Sequence record: NC_010105.1
Reading direction: 5' to 3' (one strand)
Length of the DNA stretch: 64,000 bases
Source of the DNA: Escherichia phage JS98
Program-made: the position numbers and the translations under genes
Notes under the pieces: model-generated
The model's database searches: none
Told to the model about the DNA's origin: nothing
What the model saw: only the letters and a program-made list of their open reading frames with translations
In this document: positions 53,840 through 64,000 of the stretch, in pieces
Numbering within the stretch: the first letter of the stretch is position 1
Layout: the number at the start of each line of letters is the position of its first letter

Positions 53840-55565
53840 ATCTAATCAGAATAGTTTTCGTCGCAATAAACTGATTGAAGAAATGGCTCCTCAGCGTCGT
53901 GCTGAGGCGCTAGCCCAAACCCAGAACGACGAATTAGGAAATATAACAGAAGCTTTATCAGAAACCCAGGCGGCGTCTGAATTGCTCTCTGAAGTTGTTG
54001 AAACAAAGTCTAATCAGATTATTAATTCTATAGACCGAGTAGATAAAAGTGTTCAAGATGTTGTCGCCGGAACAGAATTAACGGCTGAAGCTATATCAGA
54101 GCAAACCCAACAATCTAAAGCTCTTTCGGATGCATTAAACGAAAAGATTAATAAGCTTTCTAATATGTTGGAGGCTAAATTCTCTGGTATTTCTATTCCG
54201 CCGGAAGGGAGCTCGTTAAAGGTTATTGAAGACTCTATTCCTGAAGAACCTAAGGCTGAAACTCCTAAAGTTCCTGCTGTTATTGAAGATATTCTTCCGC
54301 CTGAAGATAATAAACCTGACGCTGAATTTGTACCAGAGCCTCCTAAAAATTCGGATGAAGGTAAAGAAGGTGATAAGTCTTCTCTTTCCGATAAAATCGA
54401 AGCCCTTACAAAAATAACCGAAAAAGGATTTAAAGCTTCTATAGGCGTCGCTGATAGAATTTCAGGTATGCTTTTTAAGTATACTATTACTGCCGCCGCT
54501 GAAGCTGCTAAACTCGCCGCAGGCCTAGCCCTTTTAATATTTGGTATAGATGCTATTCGTGTATACTTCCAATATTTCATGGACCAATTTAATGAAGGAT
54601 GGAAAAAATTTAACGATAAGTTTAAAGAGTGGGGACCCGTACTTGAAGGCTTAATGACCTGGGCCAAGAATGCTGAAGCTATGTTTAGCGAAAGAAATTG
54701 GCTAGGTCTGGCTGAAGCTATTATTCGCGGTATGGTTAATCTTACCAAAAATATGGCACAACTGTTAATGCTCGGTATTTCTAAATTGATTTCTGCTATT
54801 TTAAGTAAAATACCGGGTATGGGTGATTTGGCTGAAAACGTAGAGGCATCCGCTTTAATGTCGTATCAACAAAATACCGGAGCCACTTTAGATGACGAAG
54901 ACCAAACTAAAGTAGCCAAGTACCATGATAGACGTTCAGCTGAGGCTTTAGAAACAGCCGAGAAAATGAATAAGAAGTATAAGGGTAAACCTGAGCTTAT
55001 AAACCAGGCAGAGAAATACGGTAACCTTACTAAAGAACAAGCCGACCAATTACGCGCTGGTGGAATTGACACAAGCTTCCGTGACCTCCCTGAAGAAGAA
55101 CGTTTAGAGTATTTTAAGAAACGTGATAAAGCCCAGGCTGATATTATTCGTTTAACTCAAACCGCCGATAATATAATGAAGCCTGATTCTAAAGATATCG
55201 AAAATGCCAAGGCATTTAAAGCGGATATCGAGAAACAATTGGCTGACCCTATTATGGCTAAAGGTGGAGCACCTAAGGACCTTAATATCCAGCAATTACT
55301 TGATAAGATGAATAAATCTTTAGAGAAATTTAATGAAGCTGAAAAGCCTAAACCTGCTTCTGTAGCGGAATCTCCTGAAAATACTCAGGTTAAAAAGGTT
55401 GACGAGCAAATGAGAGCAAAGGAAAATGCTAAATATAGTCAGCAAGCTCCAACTCAAATAAATCAGCAAACGAATATCAAGAAAACGAGTAAGACTAGTT
55501 ATAATTTACCACCACAGTCTTCCACTCCTGCTCCTGGTATGCGTCAAGCTACTAAAGTTAATTAG
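53829..55565 (+). CDS. 29: gp29 baseplate hub subunit / tail length determinator
   Basis: 578 aa, synteny. Confidence 0.85.
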   Translation: MKNESNQNSFRRNKLIEEMAPQRRAEALAQTQNDELGNITEALSETQAASELLSEVVETKSNQIINSIDRVDKSVQDVVAGTELTAEAISEQTQQSKALSDALNEKINKLSNMLEAKFSGISIPPEGSSLKVIEDSIPEEPKAETPKVPAVIEDILPPEDNKPDAEFVPEPPKNSDEGKEGDKSSLSDKIEALTKITEKGFKASIGVADRISGMLFKYTITAAAEAAKLAAGLALLIFGIDAIRVYFQYFMDQFNEGWKKFNDKFKEWGPVLEGLMTWAKNAEAMFSERNWLGLAEAIIRGMVNLTKNMAQLLMLGISKLISAILSKIPGMGDLAENVEASALMSYQQNTGATLDDEDQTKVAKYHDRRSAEALETAEKMNKKYKGKPELINQAEKYGNLTKEQADQLRAGGIDTSFRDLPEEERLEYFKKRDKAQADIIRLTQTADNIMKPDSKDIENAKAFKADIEKQLADPIMAKGGAPKDLNIQQLLDKMNKSLEKFNEAEKPKPASVAESPENTQVKKVDEQMRAKENAKYSQQAPTQINQQTNIKKTSKTSYNLPPQSSTPAPGMRQATKVN

Positions 55566-55567
55566 GA

Positions 55568-56662
55568 ATGATAATGAAAGTAAAAGAAATTGACATTGAC
55601 GTAGCCTCCTTATTTAAAGGAGGTTCAAAAACCTCCGCGGGCCAATCTAAAGCTAAACCGGCCCAAACTACGGTAACTGCCCAGTATCCGGCCGAAAGGG
55701 CCTCCGGCAATGATACCTCTACAGATATGGTGTTAAACGATTTATATAAAAATGGATTACTTTTTACGGCATATAATTTTAGCTCTCGCGTATCACCTGA
55801 TTTACGTAACGACCGCTCAAGCCAAATGACCAAAAAGTTTTCAAAAGCTGCAGGTAAACTTACCAGTAATACTGGAGGGTTCAGTGCTGTTAAAAACCTG
55901 TTTAGTAACAACTCTAAAGGAGTTAAATTTGATAGCCAGGCTTTAGCCAATATTTTGCTCCCTCGTTCTAAATCTGATGTTGATTCGGTTACGCATAAAT
56001 TTAATGATGTAGGCGAATCATTAATTACTAAAGGTGGTGGTACTGCTACGGGTATTTTGAGTAACGTTGCCAGTACTGCTGTATTTGGTGCATTGGAATC
56101 TGTAACTAACGGTGTAATGGCCGATTCCGGTGAGCAAATATACACAACCGCACGTAGTATGTATGCAGGACCAGATAACCGTACTAAGGTATTCACTTGG
56201 GAAATGACCCCTAGAAACGCCCAAGACCTTATTCAGATTATTAAAATATACGAAATCTTTAATTACTATTCTTATGGTGAAACAGGCAACTCTGCCTTTG
56301 CCGGTGAATTAAAAGAGAAGATTGATACTTGGTACCGTTCCACATTTAAAAAAGAAGCTATTGATAACTTTGACGGCAAGCTATTAGGAGAAGGTATCAC
56401 AAGTTTCCTTTCTAATGTTATTGTGGTAAGTAACCCAACTATTTGGTATATTCGAAACTTTGGTAATACAAGTTCATATGACGGACGTGAAGATATTTTC
56501 GGACCGTGCCAAATCCAAAGTATACGATTTGATAAAACTCCCGACGGACATTTTAATGGTTTGGCTATTGCTCCTAACTTACCATCCACGTTTAGTTTAG
56601 AAGTTACTTTCCGTGAAATCATTACTTTGAACCGTGGCTCACTTTATACGGAAGGATTCTAA
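55568..56662 (+). CDS. 48: gp48 baseplate tail tube cap
   Basis: 364 aa as in T4, synteny. Confidence 0.85.
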   Translation: MIMKVKEIDIDVASLFKGGSKTSAGQSKAKPAQTTVTAQYPAERASGNDTSTDMVLNDLYKNGLLFTAYNFSSRVSPDLRNDRSSQMTKKFSKAAGKLTSNTGGFSAVKNLFSNNSKGVKFDSQALANILLPRSKSDVDSVTHKFNDVGESLITKGGGTATGILSNVASTAVFGALESVTNGVMADSGEQIYTTARSMYAGPDNRTKVFTWEMTPRNAQDLIQIIKIYEIFNYYSYGETGNSAFAGELKEKIDTWYRSTFKKEAIDNFDGKLLGEGITSFLSNVIVVSNPTIWYIRNFGNTSSYDGREDIFGPCQIQSIRFDKTPDGHFNGLAIAPNLPSTFSLEVTFREIITLNRGSLYTEGF

Positions 56663-57615
56663 TGTATACTTTACAAGAATTTCAAAACCAGGCAATTAAT
56701 ATTGACCTACAAAGGAATAACCTGTTTAGTGTAGTATTTGCTACAGTTCCTTCTTCTAAATCCCAAGCGCTCCTCGACCAGTTCGGTGGAGCTTTATTTA
56801 ACAATATCCCGTTGAATACCGATTTGTTTGGAATTACCCAAGGAGATTTAACCCAAGGTGTTACGACATTAGTGACAGCGGGCACTCAGAAGTTGATTCG
56901 TAAGTCAGGCATAAGTAAATATCTGATTGGAGCTATGTCATCCAGGGTTGTGCAGAGCTTACTAGGTGAGTTTGAAGTCGGAACTTATCTTATGGATTTT
57001 TTCAATATGGCTTATCCTACGGCGGGTCTTTTAGTCCATGCCGTTAAAATTCCGGATAATACTTTGAACTATGAAATGGATTTGAACCACAACTCGCCTA
57101 ATATCAAAATTACCGGAAGAGAATATTCCCCATTGGTATTAAGCTTCCGTATGGATTCTGAAGCTGCTAACTACCGTGCTTTTAATGATTGGGTCAATAG
57201 TGTCCAAGACCCTATTACACAATTAAGAGCATTGCCTGAAGATGTTGAAGCTGACATCCAAGTCAACCTTCATTCTCGTAATGGATTGCCACATACGGTG
57301 GTAATGCTTAATGGATGTGTTCCTGTTAGTGTTTCATCGCCGGAATTATCCTATGATGGTGATAACCAAATTGCTTCGTTTGATGTTACATTTGCTTATA
57401 GAAGTGTGCAGACAGGTGCAGTTGGTAAACAAGCTGCTTATGAATGGCTGGAAGATAAAGTCCTTAAAGGCGTAGCAGGTATAAGTGAGAGTAACTCATT
57501 AAGTGCTTCTGTAGCTAAATTAAGCCGACTTTCAGGAGCTTCTAGTGGATTGACCGGATTGGTTAATACATTTGGTGGGCGTGCTATTAATAATGGAATA
57601 TCCAGGTTGCTATAA
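56662..57615 (+). CDS. 54: gp54 baseplate tail tube initiator
   Basis: 317 aa, synteny. Confidence 0.85.
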   Translation: MYTLQEFQNQAINIDLQRNNLFSVVFATVPSSKSQALLDQFGGALFNNIPLNTDLFGITQGDLTQGVTTLVTAGTQKLIRKSGISKYLIGAMSSRVVQSLLGEFEVGTYLMDFFNMAYPTAGLLVHAVKIPDNTLNYEMDLNHNSPNIKITGREYSPLVLSFRMDSEAANYRAFNDWVNSVQDPITQLRALPEDVEADIQVNLHSRNGLPHTVVMLNGCVPVSVSSPELSYDGDNQIASFDVTFAYRSVQTGAVGKQAAYEWLEDKVLKGVAGISESNSLSASVAKLSRLSGASSGLTGLVNTFGGRAINNGISRLL

Positions 57616-57616
57616 C

Positions 57617-57643
57617 AAAAAAGGAGAGCGTAAGCTCTCCTTT
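57617..57643. terminator. bidirectional terminator between gene 54 and minus-strand genes
   Basis: AAAAAGGAGAGC-GTAA-GCTCTCCTTT. Confidence 0.55.
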
Positions 57644-57649
57644 AGGGGT

Positions 57650-57940
57650 TTATTTACGGAACGAAATGAAACCTGCTGCTGTCATTAATGGCTGCTTTTT
57701 AACAAAGACCGTAATAGAAATAGGAGCTTCAGATTCAAGCTGGCCGGTTACTACACCATTAAAGATATTTTCAGTTTGTTCGGGTTGTGAAAAATTTTCA
57801 ATTGGACGTAAGTCGAACTGCTTGTCTTCGCCGAAAACTCGACGTAATTCATTACCGACTGCACTGTCGAACTCTTCAGAAGCAGGGATAACGTTTTCAA
57901 CTACCAGTTCTTGACCGTTAAAGCGGAATGCAGATTTCAT
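57650..57940 (-). CDS. hypothetical protein (96 aa), alt.-1 position
   Basis: ATG with GAGGAG SD; early promoter upstream at 57969-57998. Confidence 0.55.
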   Translation of the reverse strand: MKSAFRFNGQELVVENVIPASEEFDSAVGNELRRVFGEDKQFDLRPIENFSQPEQTENIFNGVVTGQLESEAPISITVFVKKQPLMTAAGFISFRK

Positions 57941-57954
57941 AATGTTCTCCTCAT

Positions 57955-57998
57955 GTTTGTGTAAGGTAATAGTACCACATCCTTGTGGTGTTGTAAAC
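57955..57998 (-). promoter_or_regulatory. early promoter (diverged copy of the conserved box)
   Basis: Minus strand GTTTAC-N18-TACTAT-TACCTTACACAAAC. Confidence 0.4.
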
Positions 57999-60124
57999 TA
58001 CATTTTGAATTTATTTGGTAAAGAAGAGATGTCCAAAGATGCAGCAAGGATTTCCATAGCCTCATTACTTTCTGAAACAGATTCTGAAACTAGGAATTCT
58101 TTAAACCCGTTCATCAATTTAACTTCACCGGTTTCCATCAGATGGTCACCATCGTAAACGGACTCACTGAGTTCTGAAGGAGATGTCACTGTAGCTTCCA
58201 TAAGGTATTTGTGAGATACTCTATCATTCATAGCAAAAGCCGCTACTTTATCAACCTTCAACAATAATCCTCGCGGAAGGATAATTTCTGCTTCTTCGGA
58301 ATATTCTGTAAGGTCACCAGGAGCGATAACTTTAACTGCTTCAGCACCTCGAATAACCATACCGATTTCAGCAATCCTGTCTGCAGGGCCTTCAGGTGCA
58401 ATTGGATTACCGAACTCGTCTTCTTCCCATTCTACCTCTTCATCATCAACTTCGCCTACATCAGATGAACTACCACTGGCTAATTTAAACAACTCATCAG
58501 CGGAGGATAAAGAACCTTCATCACCAACAAAAACTGCTTGGTTGTCGAGGGCCATATAATTTTTACCAAATTCGCCAAAGATATTAGGCTTTAATGAAGC
58601 AGACACAAAGTTCTTAAAGTAAAATGTTTTGTTATCAATATTATGGCGCAGAATTTTGTATGGTAAATCCTGACCACGATACAAAATAGTACCCTTAGGA
58701 AGTTTAATACCCTTGGTAAATGCTGAGTCTAAATCCTTAATCAATTTAATAGCTGTTGTATTGTTTTCGGATTCAGGTTTACCTAAAAGGAATAAGTTCA
58801 TAGGAGCATATTCAGCCGCACAATATTCAATAATGGCATTGCTTTCGTCTTTGGTCAAGCCCTTAGGTTTAATGAGCTCGCCTGAATAAGCATATGCATC
58901 GCTAATAGAATCGTTAATCAGTTTATAAACGGCTTCCATAGCGAAAGCAATTCGGGATGCTTTCTCTGAAGGAGACCCCTGAAAACGGGCACTCAGGTTA
59001 TTAACAATTCTCTTAATAATATCCAGACTATTGGTAGTATTGATTTGAGAAAGGCCACTTAAAAGTCTATCGACTTCCGTATTAAAAAATGCCATATTAT
59101 TAGAGTAAATTTCAAACCCTTGTTTATCTCTATTAGCATAATTTAGTTTAAATTTACTATCAGTCATTAAAGCGTGCGTGAGAGCAATGGTGTATCTAAA
59201 GTTGGCAAGGTCCTCACTCTTAGATTTAAACTGAGAGGCCTGACGCATTTTAGTAATAGCACCTTTTTTAAAGTTCTGACTAATCTGCTCAATACCTTCG
59301 TTCTCAGGGCCTTCGGCCGAGTGAACAGGGACAGAAGCTTCAAACTCGTTATAAACCTGCAATTCTTTAGGTGATAAAGTTTCAGGTTCGGCAGTAGAAT
59401 ACTGCGCTGCTGCAGCCATACGACGGGAAATCTTAGTACGAGAAATAACAGCCTTATCGGTACGTTTCTCTTCAACCTGTGCAATAGATGCTGCTACGGC
59501 TTCGACCTTACTTACAGCCTGGCCGGTTTTCTTAGAAACATAAACTTCACCGACTTTAGACTCAACCTTGGTATAAAGGTCCGCATCAATTTCAGGCATA
59601 CCCTTGATATCTTCGATATTAGTGCCACGACGTGCTAAAAGAACGTATGTATGTTTACCACTAAACTGGAACATATCATCGACAACTTTAAACTTACCAC
59701 CGGTACGGGCCATCGCCAAACGAGCTAATACACGCTGAACAGTAGGGCCTTTACCTTTCATTTTCTTGGTAGGGAAACGGAATAAAACCGCATCCATTTT
59801 AAGTTTATTTACTTGTTCGTATATCGTATCGAAAATAGTATTCAATGTACCAAGTGGGTCGGAACCAAGGCCACCTTTGAGTTCAGCCGGGGCACCCTTG
59901 CTCGACAAACTCATTAAAATAACATGGACATATTTGTCGCCTGGCTTAACCATTTTAATAGCGTCTCCTTGAGACGCATAAGATACCATACGAGCAACCA
60001 GGTTATCGTTACCCGGTGCATGGATAGAGAAAATCTGTGGAATACCGGAACCCGGTTTAAGATTTGTTACTGGATAGTTTTTAGCGGAATCACTATCAAA
60101 AACCTCGTTTAAATTTTCCATCAT
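57998..60124 (-). CDS. Alt-like ADP-ribosyltransferase, paralog 1 (708 aa)
   Basis: N-terminal half alignable with downstream paralog; C-terminal ART-like elements YRG, SAS, E-A-E before IILPRGLL; position of alt in T4. Confidence 0.75.
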   Translation of the reverse strand: MMENLNEVFDSDSAKNYPVTNLKPGSGIPQIFSIHAPGNDNLVARMVSYASQGDAIKMVKPGDKYVHVILMSLSSKGAPAELKGGLGSDPLGTLNTIFDTIYEQVNKLKMDAVLFRFPTKKMKGKGPTVQRVLARLAMARTGGKFKVVDDMFQFSGKHTYVLLARRGTNIEDIKGMPEIDADLYTKVESKVGEVYVSKKTGQAVSKVEAVAASIAQVEEKRTDKAVISRTKISRRMAAAAQYSTAEPETLSPKELQVYNEFEASVPVHSAEGPENEGIEQISQNFKKGAITKMRQASQFKSKSEDLANFRYTIALTHALMTDSKFKLNYANRDKQGFEIYSNNMAFFNTEVDRLLSGLSQINTTNSLDIIKRIVNNLSARFQGSPSEKASRIAFAMEAVYKLINDSISDAYAYSGELIKPKGLTKDESNAIIEYCAAEYAPMNLFLLGKPESENNTTAIKLIKDLDSAFTKGIKLPKGTILYRGQDLPYKILRHNIDNKTFYFKNFVSASLKPNIFGEFGKNYMALDNQAVFVGDEGSLSSADELFKLASGSSSDVGEVDDEEVEWEEDEFGNPIAPEGPADRIAEIGMVIRGAEAVKVIAPGDLTEYSEEAEIILPRGLLLKVDKVAAFAMNDRVSHKYLMEATVTSPSELSESVYDGDHLMETGEVKLMNGFKEFLVSESVSESNEAMEILAASLDISSLPNKFKM

Positions 60125-62212
60125 TTACCCTTGGATGAATTTTTCTGGTATGCCATAGAGGTCTATGCATGAAGCCAAAAGAGGCAGTACGTCAAACCGT
60201 GTAGATTTAACAAATGAATCAAAAGATACAGGGCTTTCGGAAGTATCGAAGTCATCTTGGTATACGACCAACTCACCAGTTTCCATTAGTACGTCACCAT
60301 CATACACTACAGATTCTTGAAGCTCATCTGATGTCATAACTTCAGCTTGAATAAATTTATTGTTAGACACCGCCCCAGAACCAGTATTGGCTGATGCATC
60401 CACGATTTTATCTATTTTTACAAGTAGCCCGCGTGGTAAAATTATTTCCTTTTCGTTGGCATGCATGCTTAATTGGCCAGGATAAATCACGTTAACCTTA
60501 TGAGCGCCACTAATAGCCCAGCCAACATCAACACGGATTTGATCCGGTGCATACATATGTGTACGCACTTGACTAGCCGAGATGGTAACGCCTTCGTCAT
60601 TATTATCAATGTTTAATTCTTTTCGAACATCATCGGAAGCAAGACCAATAGCCGCATTCTCTTTAAAGCCACCAAAAATGATTGGAGCCAATGAGGTTGA
60701 AACATAGTTTCTAAAATAGAATACCTTATTTTTAACTAATGCTTCGTAGATAGGCGCGCGCAAAGATTGTGCTCTATAAACCATTATTCCTTCAGGTAAA
60801 CGGTCACCATTTTTAAAGGCAGAATCCATTCCATCAATAGCACGTTTAACTTCGCTTTCGTCCAAAACTTCATAAAAGCCCGGTTTATAACGGCCAAGAA
60901 GGACATTGTTAATATCAATATAAGCTGAAGAGGCGTATTCTCTGATAGCTCGTTTTTCTGCAAGTGTATATTGTTTAGGGTCTCGAGATGTTGTTATATT
61001 AAGAATTTCTCTAGTTGATTCTATAGCGTATGTATACATTATCTTAGACAAGAATGAAGACTTACGTTGTTTCCATACTCTTTCACTGTTTTCATTCAAT
61101 ATCTCTTTTTCCAAATGGAAATTGTCTTTTCTATAATCTTCAAACCAATCACTTTTAATAGATTCTGCGATTTCATTAGCAGCTTCAACAAAGGCGGCTA
61201 AAGCTTTAACTGACGTGGTTTTTTCATTTTTAATTTTTTTGACAAATTTTTCTAAAGAAGAGTTAATTTTATCACCGTAAGAAACTTCATCCGCAAATTT
61301 AAATGAATCATCCATAGTATTATAAATTTTAAAATCAATAGCCGTAGCCAGCTTATCCTTAGCTGTTTCGGATGATAATGATAATTCAACTTCGGCTGCT
61401 TGTGGAATTAATTCCGCCGTAGCAGGCGCACTGAACTCATTGGCAGTTTGTTCATATTTCTGAAATAATTCACCTTCATTACGGTCTGCTTCTAATGACT
61501 GGCTTGCCGCAATCGCACGACGAGAAATCTTAGTCTTGGTTATAACCATTTTATCAGTGCGACGTTCTTCAACTTTAGCAATACTGCCGGCAATAGCGGT
61601 TTCTTTAGTAACCTGAGCGCCTTCTTTTTTAGAAATATAAACTTCACCAACATCAGAATCTACCTTAGTATATAATTCGGCATTAATTCCAGGCATACCT
61701 TTGATATCTTCGATATCAGCTTGTTTACGAACTACTAGGATATAAGTATGTTTACCGGTAAATTGGTACATGGCTGGAACTACTTTAAAACGTCCACCGG
61801 TTTTCTGTGCTACCAAACGTTGGATAATCCGTTGGACAATAGGTCCTTGTCCTTTCATTTTCTTGGTTGGAAAACGGAACATCACAGCATCCATACGAAG
61901 CTTTTTAACTTGTTCGAATACTACGTCGAAAATGGTATTAATAGCATCAATAGGAGTAGGGCCTAATCCACCTTTAAGTTCGGCTGGAGTACCTTTAGCT
62001 GATAAACTCATCAAAATAACGTGGGCATATTTATCACCTAATTTAACCTGTTTAATAGCATCGCCTTCAGAGGCATAAGATACCATACGAGCAACTAATT
62101 GGGATTCGGCGTCGCCAATCTTCCAAATCTGGGGTACTTTAAGTTTTGGGTTTAAGTTTACAGTAGGCAGGGTGCCTTCGGACTCAAACACCTCATTCAA
62201 TTGTTCGGTCAT
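60125..62212 (-). CDS. Alt-like ADP-ribosyltransferase, paralog 2 (695 aa)
   Basis: Paralogous to 57998-60124; C-terminal YRA, STS, E-K-E before IILPRGLL; GAGGA SD. Confidence 0.75.
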   Translation of the reverse strand: MTEQLNEVFESEGTLPTVNLNPKLKVPQIWKIGDAESQLVARMVSYASEGDAIKQVKLGDKYAHVILMSLSAKGTPAELKGGLGPTPIDAINTIFDVVFEQVKKLRMDAVMFRFPTKKMKGQGPIVQRIIQRLVAQKTGGRFKVVPAMYQFTGKHTYILVVRKQADIEDIKGMPGINAELYTKVDSDVGEVYISKKEGAQVTKETAIAGSIAKVEERRTDKMVITKTKISRRAIAASQSLEADRNEGELFQKYEQTANEFSAPATAELIPQAAEVELSLSSETAKDKLATAIDFKIYNTMDDSFKFADEVSYGDKINSSLEKFVKKIKNEKTTSVKALAAFVEAANEIAESIKSDWFEDYRKDNFHLEKEILNENSERVWKQRKSSFLSKIMYTYAIESTREILNITTSRDPKQYTLAEKRAIREYASSAYIDINNVLLGRYKPGFYEVLDESEVKRAIDGMDSAFKNGDRLPEGIMVYRAQSLRAPIYEALVKNKVFYFRNYVSTSLAPIIFGGFKENAAIGLASDDVRKELNIDNNDEGVTISASQVRTHMYAPDQIRVDVGWAISGAHKVNVIYPGQLSMHANEKEIILPRGLLVKIDKIVDASANTGSGAVSNNKFIQAEVMTSDELQESVVYDGDVLMETGELVVYQDDFDTSESPVSFDSFVKSTRFDVLPLLASCIDLYGIPEKFIQG

Positions 62213-62262
62213 AATAATTCCTCTTTAATAACCGTATTTATGCCATAAAAGGCCCGAAGGCC

Positions 62263-62433
62263 TTAAAGTGGTAGCAACGTACGATATACTTCGAATGTCG
62301 GGCCTTTTTCATAGCCGTCAAACACGTCTTTAAAATCGGCAAAAGCTATTTCATCCTCAAACTCTAGGATGATTTGAGAGGCCGCAGTGTTATTTGTGTT
62401 TGTTACAACAATTGTTTCTAAATAAGCTTTCAT
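62263..62433 (-). CDS. hypothetical small protein (about 56 aa)
   Basis: ORF track start 62475 is TTG and overlaps the ligase gene; ATG 62433 lies just after the ligase stop. Confidence 0.4.
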   Translation of the reverse strand: MKAYLETIVVTNTNNTAASQIILEFEDEIAFADFKDVFDGYEKGPTFEVYRTLLPL

Positions 62434-62434
62434 A

Positions 62435-63958
62435 TTATAGTCCAGTTTGAGACCAATCACCAAATACATCTTCAAATGTATCAGCTTCAGTTTTATCGAA
62501 ACGCCAACCTTTAATAATTGGAAGGAAAATACCTACAGTATCAGTACGTCCTTTAGAATGAACCCAACCATTACATTCACAGTCAGCAATACGTCCAATC
62601 AACTTACCTTCACGAGCTTGTTTCATAAGAAGTTCACGGTCTAAATCAGGGCGGTCTTCTAATGGAATCAACACCTTTTTACCTGATTTATCTTTCTTAT
62701 GGGTAGTATCTTTAAAGCCTGAGCCGCAGTCACTTGTAATTCGACGACAACGTGATACCAACTCGACACCGCCAAGTTTGTTAGGGTCCTTCGAGTGTTC
62801 ATAATAACCTACCACTTCTAAAGCGATATCGATTACTTCTTTGAACTTGATAAGATTCTTAGAACGGCGGTTTTCCCAGTAGGAGTCCATGTTCTTAAGG
62901 ATAATACCTTCCAGGCCTTGGTCGACATATTTCTTATAAACGACTTTAGCTTCGTCAAGATTATTGACCCATTGGTTTTCGATAGCTTCAACACGCGTTG
63001 TACCATGCAATACGACATTATGAGCAACCATAAGTTCTAAGGCAGTAAAGCGTACATCGTACTTATCGCCTTTAATTTTACCTTCGGAATATACGACATC
63101 CAATGGGACATAATCCCACGCCTGTAACACCATACCTGCTGCTTCGGTTGGGGTAATAGTTCCTTGAAGAGCCTTGTTAGCCAACCCGTTTGAAGTAGAA
63201 CGATCGGCTACGGTTTGGAATTCCTTGGCTTTACTTAATTCAGGAAGTTCCTCATCAAACATACTAAACAAATCATTAGATGCTTTAGGTTCTACTTTAG
63301 GAGTGTGGTAAACTAATTCGCCATCAATCATAACACCATTAGGATGGCGCTGTCGAGCTTCTTCGGTCATGGCCATTAATTCGGCCGCCAAAAGATTAAG
63401 CCCTTGGTATTCATTACCACCACGAGTAAGGAATGTTACGCCATCGTTACGAACTTCAGCAAAACAACGAGCACCGTCAGCTTTTAATTGGGCGAACGCG
63501 GGCCATTTAATATTTTTCTTAATCAAATCTTCATCATAAGAACTAGCCAACATTTGAGGTTGTTCAGGGATTAAACCTTTCCAAACCTTGTTAGCAATAG
63601 AAATCGATGCACCACATTCAAGGTCACGCATCATTACGCGACGTAATACCTCAGCGTCAGGACCCTTGGCATCAGCAATAATTTGGGCAAGCTCTTCAAT
63701 AGCAGCATTACCCGTAATCTTACGGGTGGCTAATGTGAACTCAGCGAAATCAAGAAGGTCTTCAAGTGTAATCATACCAAAGGATTGAGACGTAAATCCA
63801 GGTTCAGGCCACTTTTTAATACCGTAGTTCAGACGACGGGTATAAGCCATACGATATACACGTTTCAGAAGCTCGTTATCCTTTTCACGAGCAATAATAG
63901 CTTCTTTAGCTTTAGTAGAATCAATAGAAGCAATTTCGTTTAAAATATCTAAAATCAT
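62435..63958 (-). CDS. 30: ATP-dependent DNA ligase (gp30)
   Basis: 507 aa; adenylation motif KADGARC; synteny next to alt. Confidence 0.9.
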   Translation of the reverse strand: MILDILNEIASIDSTKAKEAIIAREKDNELLKRVYRMAYTRRLNYGIKKWPEPGFTSQSFGMITLEDLLDFAEFTLATRKITGNAAIEELAQIIADAKGPDAEVLRRVMMRDLECGASISIANKVWKGLIPEQPQMLASSYDEDLIKKNIKWPAFAQLKADGARCFAEVRNDGVTFLTRGGNEYQGLNLLAAELMAMTEEARQRHPNGVMIDGELVYHTPKVEPKASNDLFSMFDEELPELSKAKEFQTVADRSTSNGLANKALQGTITPTEAAGMVLQAWDYVPLDVVYSEGKIKGDKYDVRFTALELMVAHNVVLHGTTRVEAIENQWVNNLDEAKVVYKKYVDQGLEGIILKNMDSYWENRRSKNLIKFKEVIDIALEVVGYYEHSKDPNKLGGVELVSRCRRITSDCGSGFKDTTHKKDKSGKKVLIPLEDRPDLDRELLMKQAREGKLIGRIADCECNGWVHSKGRTDTVGIFLPIIKGWRFDKTEADTFEDVFGDWSQTGL

Positions 63959-64000
63959 TTTACCGTCCTTACAGTTTGTGTACTTCTATTATAAGCTACT

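Noticed and set aside
54053-54748. 231-aa minus-strand ORF
   Set aside because: Antisense to gp29; no start context.
55558-56196. 212-aa minus-strand ORF
   Set aside because: Antisense to gp48.
62213-62262. Possible late promoter upstream of Alt paralog 2
   Set aside because: Minus-strand sequence is CATAAATA rather than the canonical TATAAATA; not called as a feature.

Overview
This window is a T4-like (Tevenvirinae-type) myovirus genome segment, with gene order almost collinear with coliphage T4. Gene names below follow T4 nomenclature and are assigned from my recollection of T4 protein sequences and gene order; no database search was run. Left part, 1-12230, minus strand: a hyperplastic block of small early/late genes, three tRNAs, internal-protein (IP) genes, then 57B-57A-1-3-2-4. 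Centre, 12274-44768, plus strand: the late structural module 53-5-5.1-5.4-6-7-8-9-10-11-12-wac-13-14-15-16-17-18-19-20-67-68-21-22-23-24, with a second gp24 paralog. Right part: rnlB, hoc, inh (minus); uvsW, uvsW.1 (plus); uvsY, 25, 26 (minus); 51-27-28-29-48-54 (plus); two tandem Alt-like ADP-ribosyltransferase genes and DNA ligase gp30 (minus). Regulatory signals are readable by eye: TATAAATA late promoters, GTTTAC-N17-19-TA(C/T)(T/A)AT early promoters, and GC hairpin terminators. The most unusual content is an array of five tandem paralogous genes (1048-2290) for small acidic proteins that all end in G-x-W-(V/F/Y)-(S/P)-S-S-(0-2 residues)-Cys-stop; I do not recognise this family. Other points of interest: the duplicated Alt and gp24 genes, IP-like genes carrying the T4 capsid-targeting sequence, a thrice-repeated 22-nt terminator hairpin, and about 165 bp of unassigned sequence in the tRNA cluster. 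ORF-track coordinates include the stop codon; several track starts are GTG/TTG and were moved to the nearest ATG with a Shine-Dalgarno (SD) sequence where stated.
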